Source of the DNA: a virus
Length of the DNA stretch: 64,000 nt
Reading direction: 5' to 3' (one strand)
IMG/VR virus record: IMGVR_UViG_3300035180_000246
Span: 9,859-73,858 of that record
Positions 53,988 to 64,000 of this stretch are shown here, one piece after another. The first letter of the stretch is position 1, and the number at the start of each line of letters is the position of its first letter. Below the pieces are notes generated by a model, which had not been told where the DNA came from, made no database searches, and was given only the letters and a program-made list of their open reading frames with translations. The translations under genes and the position numbers were made by a program.

Positions 53988-56900
53988 ATGTTAGCTACAG
54001 GTATTCTAGATGGTTCAGTAAATAGTGAAGCTTATGCTAATCTACTAGTAAGTAAACTAAGTTCAGTACAAGAAGCTTTGCAACAGAAACGGGCTGAAGG
54101 TATTGAACCTACTGCAACTGCATATAAACCTGAAGGCGATACAGTAGACTACTTAAATAAAGCTACTGGTGATGTACTTAAAACTATTTTAGATGTTCCT
54201 CAAACTCTTAGAGACAACATACTACCTAATGCTCCTTTAATACATGGTGGTGTCTTAAATGCAGTAGGTGAAGGAGTAGATTGGGCTGCTGATAAGTTAG
54301 ATGGTTCTGACAACAGTGCTGTCAATTTTTTACAAGATTCTCTAAGAAATCTTGCAGGAGTTACGAAGTCTACTGCTGAACCTATGATTGATGCTGGTGC
54401 TTCTATACAAGATTTAGGCAGATCTGCTGTAGATTATGTAGATAATAACCCCTATGTAAAAGCAGCTGTTGATACCGTTGCTGCACCTATTAATACACTT
54501 ATGGATATACCTACTAATGCAGGTAACGCTTTAAAAGATGTACTTACTAATGATGAAGTAGGCTATAGAGCTGGCAGACGTTTAGGTAATACTTATGCAA
54601 GTAATCTTGCTAAGAATCCTGATAGTCCAGTAGCAGCATCATTAGGGGCTTTAGCTGATACAGTTGCTGATCGCCCTTCAGATGTTTTAAAGTTTATGGC
54701 TCAAGCAGCACCTTCTGGATTAGCGGCAGCATATGCTCCAGGTACTTTCTTAACTGGTATGGCTGGTCAAAATATCAAAGATAACTTAAAAGCTTTAGAT
54801 GAAAACCAAGCTAATGCTGCATTTAATGATGAGAACGGTGTACTAAATATACCTATAGATGTTCCAGCTAAAACTAGGGCTGCTTCTGTAGTTGCATCTT
54901 TAGCTGGTGCTGGTACAGACTTTTTTGGTGACAAAATCGTAGGAAATGCTCTTACAGGTAAAGGTTTAAAATTACTAGCTTCTGGTGGTGTACTAGGTAA
55001 GGCTGCTGCAGGTGTAGCTGATGTAGGTCTGGCAGGTACTGGAGAGTACGCTGCTGAGAGTGGTGCAAGCCTTCTTAATGACATAGCTAAAAATCCTGAT
55101 GCACCTTTAACTGATGAGCAAATACGTAATGCACATATACAGGGTCTTGAAGGTGCTTTAGGTGCTGGAGGTATTTCTGCTACACGCAATGGATTAGATC
55201 TAGCCAATTCAGGTATCAATGCTGCTGCTAACAAAGCTGTAGAAATGCAAGCTGATAGGGTAAATACAAAAGCTCTAGATAGCGGTAATGCAACTGAACG
55301 TATGACAGCATTTACTAAAGATCCAGAACTAAACAAGTTAGGTACTGAATATCCTGATGTCAAATATAGTGCATTAGCCCCTGAAGATCATAAAGACTTT
55401 AACCCTATTAAGGAACTTGAGAACCTCCATACAGATTGGCAAGGTTTCATGGAAGATCAGATCACTAATGATAAGCCAACAACACTCAAAGAAAAGATGG
55501 ACAGCTTTTCACAAGTAGTACAAAGTTTGAACGGTGCTGTCACTAACTTAAAAGACTTAAATGATGCAGTACAGGCATCAGATACAGCTACACCTAAACA
55601 GAAGAAAGAATTACAAAGACTCTTAGACTTCAGTATTAAAGATGCTCAAGAGAAATCTAAAGTAGCTCCTGAAATTGTAGGTAAGTATATGGATGATATT
55701 GTAGCTACTATGCAGAATAGAGCTGCAGAAGCTTCTAAGGTCACTGAAGAAGACTTAACACCTGAAACACTGCAGTTAGCTCAAGAAGCTGCTCTACATC
55801 GTGTAGAGAATCCTACAGCTAATACTAGCGAAGAAGACAATACTAAAGCTATTAAAGATTTACGTACTGTTTCGGTAACTAAGGAAGCTGTTCCTGCAGT
55901 CGTAGCTACAGATGACTCTATCCAACAAGTGGTAGATACTATTGATAAAGGTATTGCTCAATTAGAAGCTGAATCTAAAACTTTAGGTGCTAATCCAAAT
56001 AGTAAAGGAGGCAAACCTTCTTCATACTACACAAATAGAATTAAAAAACTACAAGAAGTTAGTAATGAAATCCAACATGGTAAGAGTTCTAAGTTTCCTG
56101 GATTACAAAGTCATTACGCACGTAATGCAGCAATATATAGTGCTAAGAATGATGTTACTGGTTTAGAAGACTTACAGAGCCAATTAGATAATTGGTTAGG
56201 TTTCCAGACAAATAAACAACTGCGTATTGAGAACAATTCTAAAAATCACTTACCAGTTTTTATCGATGCTGTAAGAGAAACTACTCAAGCAATTGAAAAT
56301 ATGCAAACAGAGTTGGCTGTCCGTATTAAAGAAGCTAAAGCTAAACAAGGTAGTACTAAAGCTTCCGTAAAAGCTCCTAGTCCAGTTAATTCTGCTACTA
56401 GTAGTACTAGTAGTACTAAGCCAGCTAAAGTGGCTACAGAAGCTCCTAATTCAACCAGTGTTGATGTTAATGTCACTAATGTAAATAAACCAGTTAAAGC
56501 AACTACAAAGGCTACCAAAAGCTCTGATAGCCTTGCTAGTGATACTACTACTACTACTAAATCTACTAAACCAGTTGAACCAGTAAACGTTGATGTAACT
56601 AGAGCTGAAACACCTCAAGCTAAAGCAGATAGTGAATCGGATACTAAAGCAGTAGAAGATAAACCGAGTGAAGTAGAGAGTGTAGAATCTACAGATAATA
56701 CTAAGGCTGATGAAACTGAAGCCAATCCTACCTCAGTATTTAAAGATGTTACTCCAACAAACTTAACTACTGGTGATGGTTTTGGTAAAACTGCTAAAGA
56801 TAGAGAACAAAACATTAATAATGCTTCTAAAGCAATTAGTACTGAAATAGTTAATGCTAAGCCTGAAAGTGATAGTATTATTAAGACTATGCGTGAAAAA

Positions 56901-59900
56901 GCCGAAGATGGTGTACGACGTATAAGTAGTAACATACATTCTGTATTAGCTAATGCAGCTAAATTTCATCGTAGTGTTTCAAGCCGTATTGATGGTTTAT
57001 CAGAGGATACTACATCAAAGTTTCGTAAGGTATTGGCTAGTGGTATTAGAACTGTCATGAATTCAGTATCTGAAGCTTCTATTAAGAAAGGTGGCATGGC
57101 TACTTATCATAAAGTAGTTAGTGAATCTGGTGACAGAAACTATATCAATCAAAATACTATTCTTAATCTTTTGAGTGTTAGAGAGAAGAATCCAAAAACT
57201 AACCTTATAGAAGATACATTAGATCCTACAGTTGCAGCACATGTAGTAGTTGCTGCTTTAGATTATGCTAAATTCATGCTTAAGAGTACTACCGACATTA
57301 CTTTAAGTACGGTAGAGCAGGTTTTTGGTGCTAAGAGTTTGGCAAAAGTACCTGTTGAATATGTACGTAAAGCTGAAGCATTCTTAAAGACAGTAGGCTT
57401 ACCTGTAAGTACTGCTGCGATGAGTATTGGTAAAGATATTGCTAGAATGAGTAATATCGAATTTTCTGAGGAATCTTTTGTAGAAGATAAAGATGCTATG
57501 CATACAGCTCTAGGTGTAGCAGCACTAAACTACTTGAACATCCTTGGTTTAGTAACCTATTCTGAAGTACCTAATAGTGCAGTTGCAGAGCTTAAACAAA
57601 TTCTGCAGAATCCAACAAGAGCACCAACACCGAGTAAGAGTGTAGCTACAAACTTATATTTTAAGTTTAATGTAGATAACGAAGCTGTTTGGGAAGAACT
57701 GATGAAGCAGTTAAAAGATCCTTCAGGTAAAGACATTCTAGAAGCTTTTAGAGGTGAATCGCGAACTGATACCAAAGCTCTACAACCTGCTGCCTATGGC
57801 AGTGTCAAAACTACTAGAGCTGCGAATAGAGTACCGCCTAAAGAAGTTACAAATGCTGCTAAGACTTTAAATGAAACTCCATTTAAGTTTAATCCATACT
57901 TGGTTAGGTTATTAGTAGAACCTTCTACTAGAGTAGCTGCTGCCCAACAAGTCATCCAATCACTAAGTGATTTAGGCAACTTTAAACTTACTGGTTTAGA
58001 TGATACTGAAATTACTGAGAGTGTAAGATACTTCGTTGATAACAATGTACAGGCTATGAAGCGTATAGAGCAAGAAGCTGTAATAACTGATCATATTCGT
58101 AGTGTTAAGAGACTACTAGATTTTATTGATAATGATATTGGTCAAGATACTTCTAAGTTAGATAATGACTTCTTTGCCAGATATGCAGTTGATGTGAATG
58201 ATCGTATCAGATTAGATTCTACAATCAATCCAGGAAGTGATAAAGCTATTCATAGACTGTTCTTAGTAGACAGCAACTCACATAATGTAATTAAAGCTCC
58301 TGCTACCAATAATGACTATAAAGATGCTTTAGCATCTAACCTTGGTTTAATAGACGAGAAGTCTGATACTGCTGCTGTAGAGAGTGCTCGTAAAAGCATG
58401 AGAAAACTTATGACAACACTGTCTAAGAACCTCTCAGAGGACGCTTTAAATGACCTACAGAAGCTTTTAAATGAAGACACATCTATATCTACATCTGTAG
58501 ATATTGGTAAGCTATATAAAGCAATCAATACTACTGAAGGTATGGTAGGTAAAGTAGAAGACTTAAGTACTCTTATGGATTTAGCTAACCTTACTCTCCG
58601 TTTCCCTAGAGAAGGTAAAGCAACTAAACATAAATTTACATCCACTCTAGTAGTAGAAGTAGATGGTAAATCTAATGGCGTATTCTTAGCTTTAGTACAG
58701 AGTCCTATTGGTGACTTAGCAACTCAAGAAACGTTATTACGTAAAGTAGGTATATACTTAAATAACTCTTTTAAATCATTTGCTGATTGGGCTTCTAATA
58801 AAAATGGTTTAGTAGGGCATCATGAATCTGACATATACGAGCATAATGCTGAGGGTATGTCTGGAGTATTGAAAAGTGTATTCTCTAACGATGCACCTGA
58901 AGTTGCACAAGCTAAATTAAAAGCTATTTCCAATCTGCTAGGTGAAGTATTAGTAAGTGATGATGGTATTATATCAAAAATTGCTAGAGAACTGAATAAA
59001 AACCCATTAATGGTATTCTCATACAATGCTGGTGAATCTACCATTGATGGTAATGTTACCGATGAAATTTTTAGTACACATATACCTAACCGTATAATGT
59101 ATGTAGCTAATTTAGCTAAACAAGGCGATAGAACAGCATTTGATGCTTTCAAAAAGTCTTTGAAACAAGCTTTAGCTAAAGACATTACTGACACTAACGG
59201 TATGAGGAATATAGATAGCCTTTCACCTGAAAATGCTATTAATTTTAGACTTACACCTAAACAACTAAATGTATTAAAAGATAAGTTAATAAAACCTACC
59301 GCTGAATCCTTAACTATAGCTGTATCTGAAATTATGTCTAATCAACGTAATGTTGCTAAGTTAACTACTAAAATATTCCAAGAGCAGTACACTATATATA
59401 AAGAGGCTGAGAAGCGTATTAAAGAGTCTTTAGGTATTAATCCTAATGATAATGATATGACTATTAAGCAGGCTGAAAGTTTAGCTAAACAGTTAAGACC
59501 TTTCATACCATCATTTAACGGGCCTTTTGGGTTAAAGGATAGTAAGCCTTACCTTTTTGAGGACGATAAGCAAATAGTAGGTTCTCCTGTATTTACATTA
59601 GTAGTTGAAGGTACTAATGATAGAGCTACAGTTAACATGAAGCATTCAGCTAATAGCTATGCTGGTATATCTGAAGATATGCAGCCTACCATAGTTGGTA
59701 AAACAGTAGCTTCTAGAAATATTGGTGTCGAACGTAAAGATGTAGGTGATCCTGGTGTAGCTGCTTCTGCATTAATGACTCATGCTCAAGATGCGGCTAT
59801 TATGGCTCTAACCATTAAGAAAATGAAAGCTGCTGGTATTACAGGATTGCATGTATTTGATGCTGTTAAAACCAGTAGTGAACACGCAGCTCAAGTATCT

Positions 59901-62900
59901 AGATTCCTGAACGAATCTACTATTGAATTGATGGAGATGTATAATCCTTTAGAGGATTCTATGTCATCATTATTGAACAAAAGATTTTTACTAGCTAGAC
60001 TTGAAGTTAGTCTAAATTCTTCAGATAGTGATAAAGTACTAGGTCACTTTACTGATGAAGAGCTTAAAACAGTCAATTCTAAGATGCTTACACCAAGATC
60101 TTCAAAAAATAGTGATGAAGCTGTTGATCTATATGGTATATACGACATGTATACTAAGTATATTAATGACAATAACTCAATATTATTCAGTAATGAAGCC
60201 ACAGTAGATCAATACCCTACTGCTGGTGGTATGGGAGCTATTAGAGCTAAAATTACACCTAAAAAGCTACCAAGCTTACAGGATATGATTACTAGTTATA
60301 AGAGTATGTTAGATCCTGATTCTTTAGCGGATACTTCTAAAGACACTACTGAAGATACATCTAAAGAAGACGGAAGCTTATTTGGTAATCCTAATGCTGA
60401 CAAAGCTACCCTTACTTCTTTGGTTTCTAGTGATACAGTTAATAGTGTAGAAGACATCCTTACACTAGCTACAACTGTTGCAGCTAAAGATAACCAGAAT
60501 GTAAATCCTAGTTATTTAAAAGAGATGCAAGACCTTTTAGGCAAACTCTACAGTAAAGTATCGACTGCTATAGATCCAGTATTAGTAGAACTACATGATG
60601 GTTCTTTAAACACAGGTTCAGCTGATACTATCAACCGTAAGATTGATGTTATTCGTCAAGCTAGTCCAGTAAATAACGTTACTCAGTCTAATACTGAAAT
60701 TCTATTACATGAATTCTTACACGTAGCTACTACTGCATCTGCACTAGAGGGAGTTAAATCTAAAGAGTTGTTAGACCTTTGGACTATGGCTAAGGATGCT
60801 TTGGATTACACAGTATTTCTGCCTAACAATACTCTAACTAATACTGCTCAAGAGATTGCAGAAGCTAAAGCTCTTTATGACTATATCTTCAATAACACAA
60901 AGAGTATTAACGGCACTAACGTAGGATTGTTAGAGTTTATTTCTTTTGGTTTATCTAATCCTAACTTTAGAGATGCTCTTAAGAATATTAAGGATACTAA
61001 TACTATCCAAACTCCTTCAGCTATTCTAAAACTAGTTAAAGAAGGTTCTTTCTTAGATAAGATTGTTACAGCAGTGCTTAATCTTATTGGTAAGTTGTTA
61101 GATAAATCTGTTGAAGGACGTAAACCAACTAATGTACATGATGCTTTAATAAGTTTAGCTCAACACTTAATTGAAGTAGAAGCTAAGAGTAAAATTGCAG
61201 CTAGTTCAGATGGCTTTTTAAACAAAGTTGACAATGCTGTAGAAGCAGCTAACAAGAAAGTAAGTACTACTTTCGATAAGTTTAGTGAGAAGTATGATGC
61301 TTGGTATGAGAAGCAATCTAACAAACCTACAACTACATCTACTACGTCTACAAGACTGGATCCAGAACAGCTTAAATTAGCTCAGTGGGCTTACTACAAC
61401 TTAGCTAAATCAACTATGGGTTATACAGATGTAGAAGCTCTAAGAGCTGCTAGTAGCATTTTAACCTATGAAGATAGAACTCAAGCACTAAGCACTTTAG
61501 CACATGCTACTGTCCTTAAAGATACTGGCTTATTGAAGCATCTGTATCATCAGGTCTTCACTGAAGATCCATTATCTAAACCTTGGATAAAAGCTTTACG
61601 TGTCACTAAAGCAGGTATTGAGATGCATCGTAAAGCTATTCAAGAGACTGTTACTGGTAGTGTTAAAAATGGCTTTACAAAGCTCACGGAAGAGCAGGAT
61701 GACTTCTTAGAGCGTACTGTACTCAGAACTGATCTACAAGCTCTACACGCTCATTTAAACTACGACGTTAAAGCTACTATTGATATGCTTAAAGATTCCT
61801 CTAAGTTAGCTAAGTTCATTAAAGATACTGAAGCAAGACTTAAACTGTCTCCTGCTATTATCAGCCAAGCTAACGGTTTAGCTGAGTATATGATTACAGG
61901 TAAAACTTCACAGAAGAACCAGTTAAGAAACTCTACAGCAATTGCTTTACATGCTAAATCTGAAATTAGTGTACCTGACCTTGATGCATACATAACTGCA
62001 TTAGCTATTCAAAAAGCTTCTGTAGATGTAACTACATTAGATGGTATTGGCGGTCTAGAGGAAGGGTTGAATAACCTTCTAGAGTTCCATAGAGGCTATG
62101 TACAGGATACTAAAGAAACTATATTCCACGGTTCTGAGCTACAGATGATTAAAGGCTACACTAGAGAAGCTATCGATAACACTAAAGAATATGCTTTTAT
62201 GCGTACAAGTGATGTTAAAGAGCTTAAAGCAGACGGTTGGAATACTACAGAACTAATGGTACAAGATCCTATTACAGGTACTAGCCTCAGTATGTATGTA
62301 CGCTCTAATGTCATGAAAGCTCAAGTACATTCAGGCGTATTTAGTTTAATGTCTAACAGACGTAAAGGTACTTCTTATTCTGACATGCTTAGAGATGCTG
62401 GAATTACTGATCCAAAAGAGATAGCAAAACGTGTTAATAACTTAAATGCTTCTAGGGATTTCGTACCTATTCTTAATAATAATGGTGAAATTATTGATTA
62501 TGTAATCAATATTTCTGAAAGTAATAGAGTTAAGCATCTGAATAAAAAGTATAGCGCATCAGAAGCTTTAGGTAGAATGTATGGAAGTAAGTTAAATAAG
62601 CAACTGACTCCTAATCATAATACTAAGATGGTAGAAGTAGCTAAACGTCAGTGGGATGCTGAAAAAGCTACTAACGCTAATAAGTTTGAATGGATAGACG
62701 CTAACCATAAAGAATATGGTGATTTGTATAAGAGTTTACCTGCTCAAACTAAAGCAGATATAGAAAGTACTTTCGGTAGATCAGGAATACCTGTACCAAA
62801 AGGCTCTGTACCTTTGGCTCTTGGTTTTGAAAAATACTTAGTAGGTGACTCTTCTATTGTTAAGTTTATGCAAGCTAAGATGCCTAAAGTACCTGTCAAA

Positions 62901-63890
62901 TACTTTAGTAACCTGATTACCAGAACTTGGCAAGATTTTGTATCTTTAACAAAGAACAAAATTGTTATTCGTATGCCTAAAGTAGTAGAAGCTAACTTAA
63001 TATCTAACACTATCTACTTAGCTATCCAAGGTGTACCTCTAAAAGACATTTATAATGGTTATAGGGATGGTGCTTTAGAACTTAAGAAATTCTTAGACAT
63101 AAGAGCAGAGATGTTAACACTGCAAGCTAAACTATCTGGTATGACTGGTTCAGCTAAAACAGCTACTCAACGTAGAATTGAAATGCTGAATAACGTACTT
63201 GATAAGAGTCCTATTAGAGATTTAGTTAAAGAAGGCTTCTTCCAATCTATTACAGAAGACGTAGGTGCTAATAACTTAACAGATCCGTTATTAAGTCTTC
63301 CTAAGATGGCTGCTACATTCATTAGTAGTAAAAGTGCTTTAGCTAGTACAGGTATAGATAAGCTCAGTAAGATACCTTATGCTGGTGCTGTAGTGGATCA
63401 TTTGATGATGAATCCTAATACTAGTATGTTTAAGCTTTTAAACAATACTGTTAAATATAGTGACTTTGTTGGTAGATACGTACTGCATAAACATACTATA
63501 GCTGAGAATAATAAATTACCTAAAGATAAGCAATTATCTAAATCAGATATTATGACTTTCATAGCTGAAGCATTTATCCAATATGATCTACCTGATCCTA
63601 AGAGCCTAGATTTCGCTAACTCTATTGGTTTGTTTATGTTTACTAAATACTTTGTTGGTATTCAGAAAGTGATTAGAAAACAGGTTAAAGATAGATCTTT
63701 AAGTTCTGCATTAGCATTAACTGCTAACTATGCATTACTAGATTTAAGTGTAATACAAGATTCTTCTATGTTCGTTAAAGACTTAGGTATTATGATGCAC
63801 CTTAATCCTTTAGATATAGTTGAAACTGGTGTTACACCTAGCGGTTTAGAGATATATATGGATTTATTTAAATTTATGACTCCTAAGTAG
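53988..63890 (+). CDS. Virion-encapsidated RNA polymerase (N4 gp50-like)
   Basis: 3300 aa with no Cys seen; motif A LVVEVDGKSNG, motif B RELNKNPLMVFSY, motif C HVFDA; C-terminal YSDFV.RY, F.KYF.GIQKV. Confidence 0.95.
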   Translation: MLATGILDGSVNSEAYANLLVSKLSSVQEALQQKRAEGIEPTATAYKPEGDTVDYLNKATGDVLKTILDVPQTLRDNILPNAPLIHGGVLNAVGEGVDWAADKLDGSDNSAVNFLQDSLRNLAGVTKSTAEPMIDAGASIQDLGRSAVDYVDNNPYVKAAVDTVAAPINTLMDIPTNAGNALKDVLTNDEVGYRAGRRLGNTYASNLAKNPDSPVAASLGALADTVADRPSDVLKFMAQAAPSGLAAAYAPGTFLTGMAGQNIKDNLKALDENQANAAFNDENGVLNIPIDVPAKTRAASVVASLAGAGTDFFGDKIVGNALTGKGLKLLASGGVLGKAAAGVADVGLAGTGEYAAESGASLLNDIAKNPDAPLTDEQIRNAHIQGLEGALGAGGISATRNGLDLANSGINAAANKAVEMQADRVNTKALDSGNATERMTAFTKDPELNKLGTEYPDVKYSALAPEDHKDFNPIKELENLHTDWQGFMEDQITNDKPTTLKEKMDSFSQVVQSLNGAVTNLKDLNDAVQASDTATPKQKKELQRLLDFSIKDAQEKSKVAPEIVGKYMDDIVATMQNRAAEASKVTEEDLTPETLQLAQEAALHRVENPTANTSEEDNTKAIKDLRTVSVTKEAVPAVVATDDSIQQVVDTIDKGIAQLEAESKTLGANPNSKGGKPSSYYTNRIKKLQEVSNEIQHGKSSKFPGLQSHYARNAAIYSAKNDVTGLEDLQSQLDNWLGFQTNKQLRIENNSKNHLPVFIDAVRETTQAIENMQTELAVRIKEAKAKQGSTKASVKAPSPVNSATSSTSSTKPAKVATEAPNSTSVDVNVTNVNKPVKATTKATKSSDSLASDTTTTTKSTKPVEPVNVDVTRAETPQAKADSESDTKAVEDKPSEVESVESTDNTKADETEANPTSVFKDVTPTNLTTGDGFGKTAKDREQNINNASKAISTEIVNAKPESDSIIKTMREKAEDGVRRISSNIHSVLANAAKFHRSVSSRIDGLSEDTTSKFRKVLASGIRTVMNSVSEASIKKGGMATYHKVVSESGDRNYINQNTILNLLSVREKNPKTNLIEDTLDPTVAAHVVVAALDYAKFMLKSTTDITLSTVEQVFGAKSLAKVPVEYVRKAEAFLKTVGLPVSTAAMSIGKDIARMSNIEFSEESFVEDKDAMHTALGVAALNYLNILGLVTYSEVPNSAVAELKQILQNPTRAPTPSKSVATNLYFKFNVDNEAVWEELMKQLKDPSGKDILEAFRGESRTDTKALQPAAYGSVKTTRAANRVPPKEVTNAAKTLNETPFKFNPYLVRLLVEPSTRVAAAQQVIQSLSDLGNFKLTGLDDTEITESVRYFVDNNVQAMKRIEQEAVITDHIRSVKRLLDFIDNDIGQDTSKLDNDFFARYAVDVNDRIRLDSTINPGSDKAIHRLFLVDSNSHNVIKAPATNNDYKDALASNLGLIDEKSDTAAVESARKSMRKLMTTLSKNLSEDALNDLQKLLNEDTSISTSVDIGKLYKAINTTEGMVGKVEDLSTLMDLANLTLRFPREGKATKHKFTSTLVVEVDGKSNGVFLALVQSPIGDLATQETLLRKVGIYLNNSFKSFADWASNKNGLVGHHESDIYEHNAEGMSGVLKSVFSNDAPEVAQAKLKAISNLLGEVLVSDDGIISKIARELNKNPLMVFSYNAGESTIDGNVTDEIFSTHIPNRIMYVANLAKQGDRTAFDAFKKSLKQALAKDITDTNGMRNIDSLSPENAINFRLTPKQLNVLKDKLIKPTAESLTIAVSEIMSNQRNVAKLTTKIFQEQYTIYKEAEKRIKESLGINPNDNDMTIKQAESLAKQLRPFIPSFNGPFGLKDSKPYLFEDDKQIVGSPVFTLVVEGTNDRATVNMKHSANSYAGISEDMQPTIVGKTVASRNIGVERKDVGDPGVAASALMTHAQDAAIMALTIKKMKAAGITGLHVFDAVKTSSEHAAQVSRFLNESTIELMEMYNPLEDSMSSLLNKRFLLARLEVSLNSSDSDKVLGHFTDEELKTVNSKMLTPRSSKNSDEAVDLYGIYDMYTKYINDNNSILFSNEATVDQYPTAGGMGAIRAKITPKKLPSLQDMITSYKSMLDPDSLADTSKDTTEDTSKEDGSLFGNPNADKATLTSLVSSDTVNSVEDILTLATTVAAKDNQNVNPSYLKEMQDLLGKLYSKVSTAIDPVLVELHDGSLNTGSADTINRKIDVIRQASPVNNVTQSNTEILLHEFLHVATTASALEGVKSKELLDLWTMAKDALDYTVFLPNNTLTNTAQEIAEAKALYDYIFNNTKSINGTNVGLLEFISFGLSNPNFRDALKNIKDTNTIQTPSAILKLVKEGSFLDKIVTAVLNLIGKLLDKSVEGRKPTNVHDALISLAQHLIEVEAKSKIAASSDGFLNKVDNAVEAANKKVSTTFDKFSEKYDAWYEKQSNKPTTTSTTSTRLDPEQLKLAQWAYYNLAKSTMGYTDVEALRAASSILTYEDRTQALSTLAHATVLKDTGLLKHLYHQVFTEDPLSKPWIKALRVTKAGIEMHRKAIQETVTGSVKNGFTKLTEEQDDFLERTVLRTDLQALHAHLNYDVKATIDMLKDSSKLAKFIKDTEARLKLSPAIISQANGLAEYMITGKTSQKNQLRNSTAIALHAKSEISVPDLDAYITALAIQKASVDVTTLDGIGGLEEGLNNLLEFHRGYVQDTKETIFHGSELQMIKGYTREAIDNTKEYAFMRTSDVKELKADGWNTTELMVQDPITGTSLSMYVRSNVMKAQVHSGVFSLMSNRRKGTSYSDMLRDAGITDPKEIAKRVNNLNASRDFVPILNNNGEIIDYVINISESNRVKHLNKKYSASEALGRMYGSKLNKQLTPNHNTKMVEVAKRQWDAEKATNANKFEWIDANHKEYGDLYKSLPAQTKADIESTFGRSGIPVPKGSVPLALGFEKYLVGDSSIVKFMQAKMPKVPVKYFSNLITRTWQDFVSLTKNKIVIRMPKVVEANLISNTIYLAIQGVPLKDIYNGYRDGALELKKFLDIRAEMLTLQAKLSGMTGSAKTATQRRIEMLNNVLDKSPIRDLVKEGFFQSITEDVGANNLTDPLLSLPKMAATFISSKSALASTGIDKLSKIPYAGAVVDHLMMNPNTSMFKLLNNTVKYSDFVGRYVLHKHTIAENNKLPKDKQLSKSDIMTFIAEAFIQYDLPDPKSLDFANSIGLFMFTKYFVGIQKVIRKQVKDRSLSSALALTANYALLDLSVIQDSSMFVKDLGIMMHLNPLDIVETGVTPSGLEIYMDLFKFMTPK

Positions 63891-63905
63891 TGTTATTGGT
63901 AGAAT

Positions 63906-63937
63906 AGGATAGCGATTAGTAATCACTATCCTTTTTT
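63906..63937 (+). terminator. Intrinsic terminator after the vRNAP gene
   Basis: AGGATAGCGATT-AGT-AATCACTATCCT followed by TTTTT. Confidence 0.8.
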
Positions 63938-64000
63938 GCTTTATCGTAGGCAATTACAAACGCTATTAAAGCAGCTGCTATTACCCATAGTAGAGGTTTT

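Noticed and set aside
54767-63010. Antisense ORFs inside the vRNAP gene, and similar shadow ORFs elsewhere (e.g. 2576, 8313, 25181, 41028)
   Set aside because: Explained by codon bias of the sense gene; no ribosome-binding sites or recognisable motifs
1-64000. Apparent abundance of CTAG and scarcity of CCGG
   Set aside because: Visual impression only; it needs k-mer observed/expected counts, which could not be run

Overview
This 64-kb window is most of an AT-rich, lytic N4-like podovirus genome (Schitoviridae-like) infecting a Gram-negative host. It appears circularly permuted, with the probable genome ends inside the window at about 23.0-23.7 kb. Minus strand, 1-23.5 kb: early and middle genes, including a single-chain T7/N4-type RNA polymerase II, many small paralogous accessory ORFs, a SleB-like hydrolase, an AAA ATPase with a VWA/metallopeptidase partner, thyX, a MazG-like pyrophosphatase, DUF3310, nrdB, nrdA and a tRNA-like element cut by the window edge. 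Plus strand, 23.7-64 kb: terminase, tail and receptor-binding genes, a lysis cassette (holin, lytic transglycosylase, Rz/Rz1), portal, major capsid, ejection proteins and a 3300-aa virion RNA polymerase. The most unusual content is two small enzyme cassettes inside the structural operon. One encodes a GNAT-like protein, an acyl carrier protein and a minimal Cys-His-His ketosynthase whose stop overlaps the portal start. The other encodes a cupin and a glutaminase-less asparagine-synthetase-like ATP ligase. A probable virion protein also carries a PelA/GH114-like glycoside hydrolase with a Cys-rich insertion. All assignments come from motif recognition by eye; no database searches or folding computations were run.
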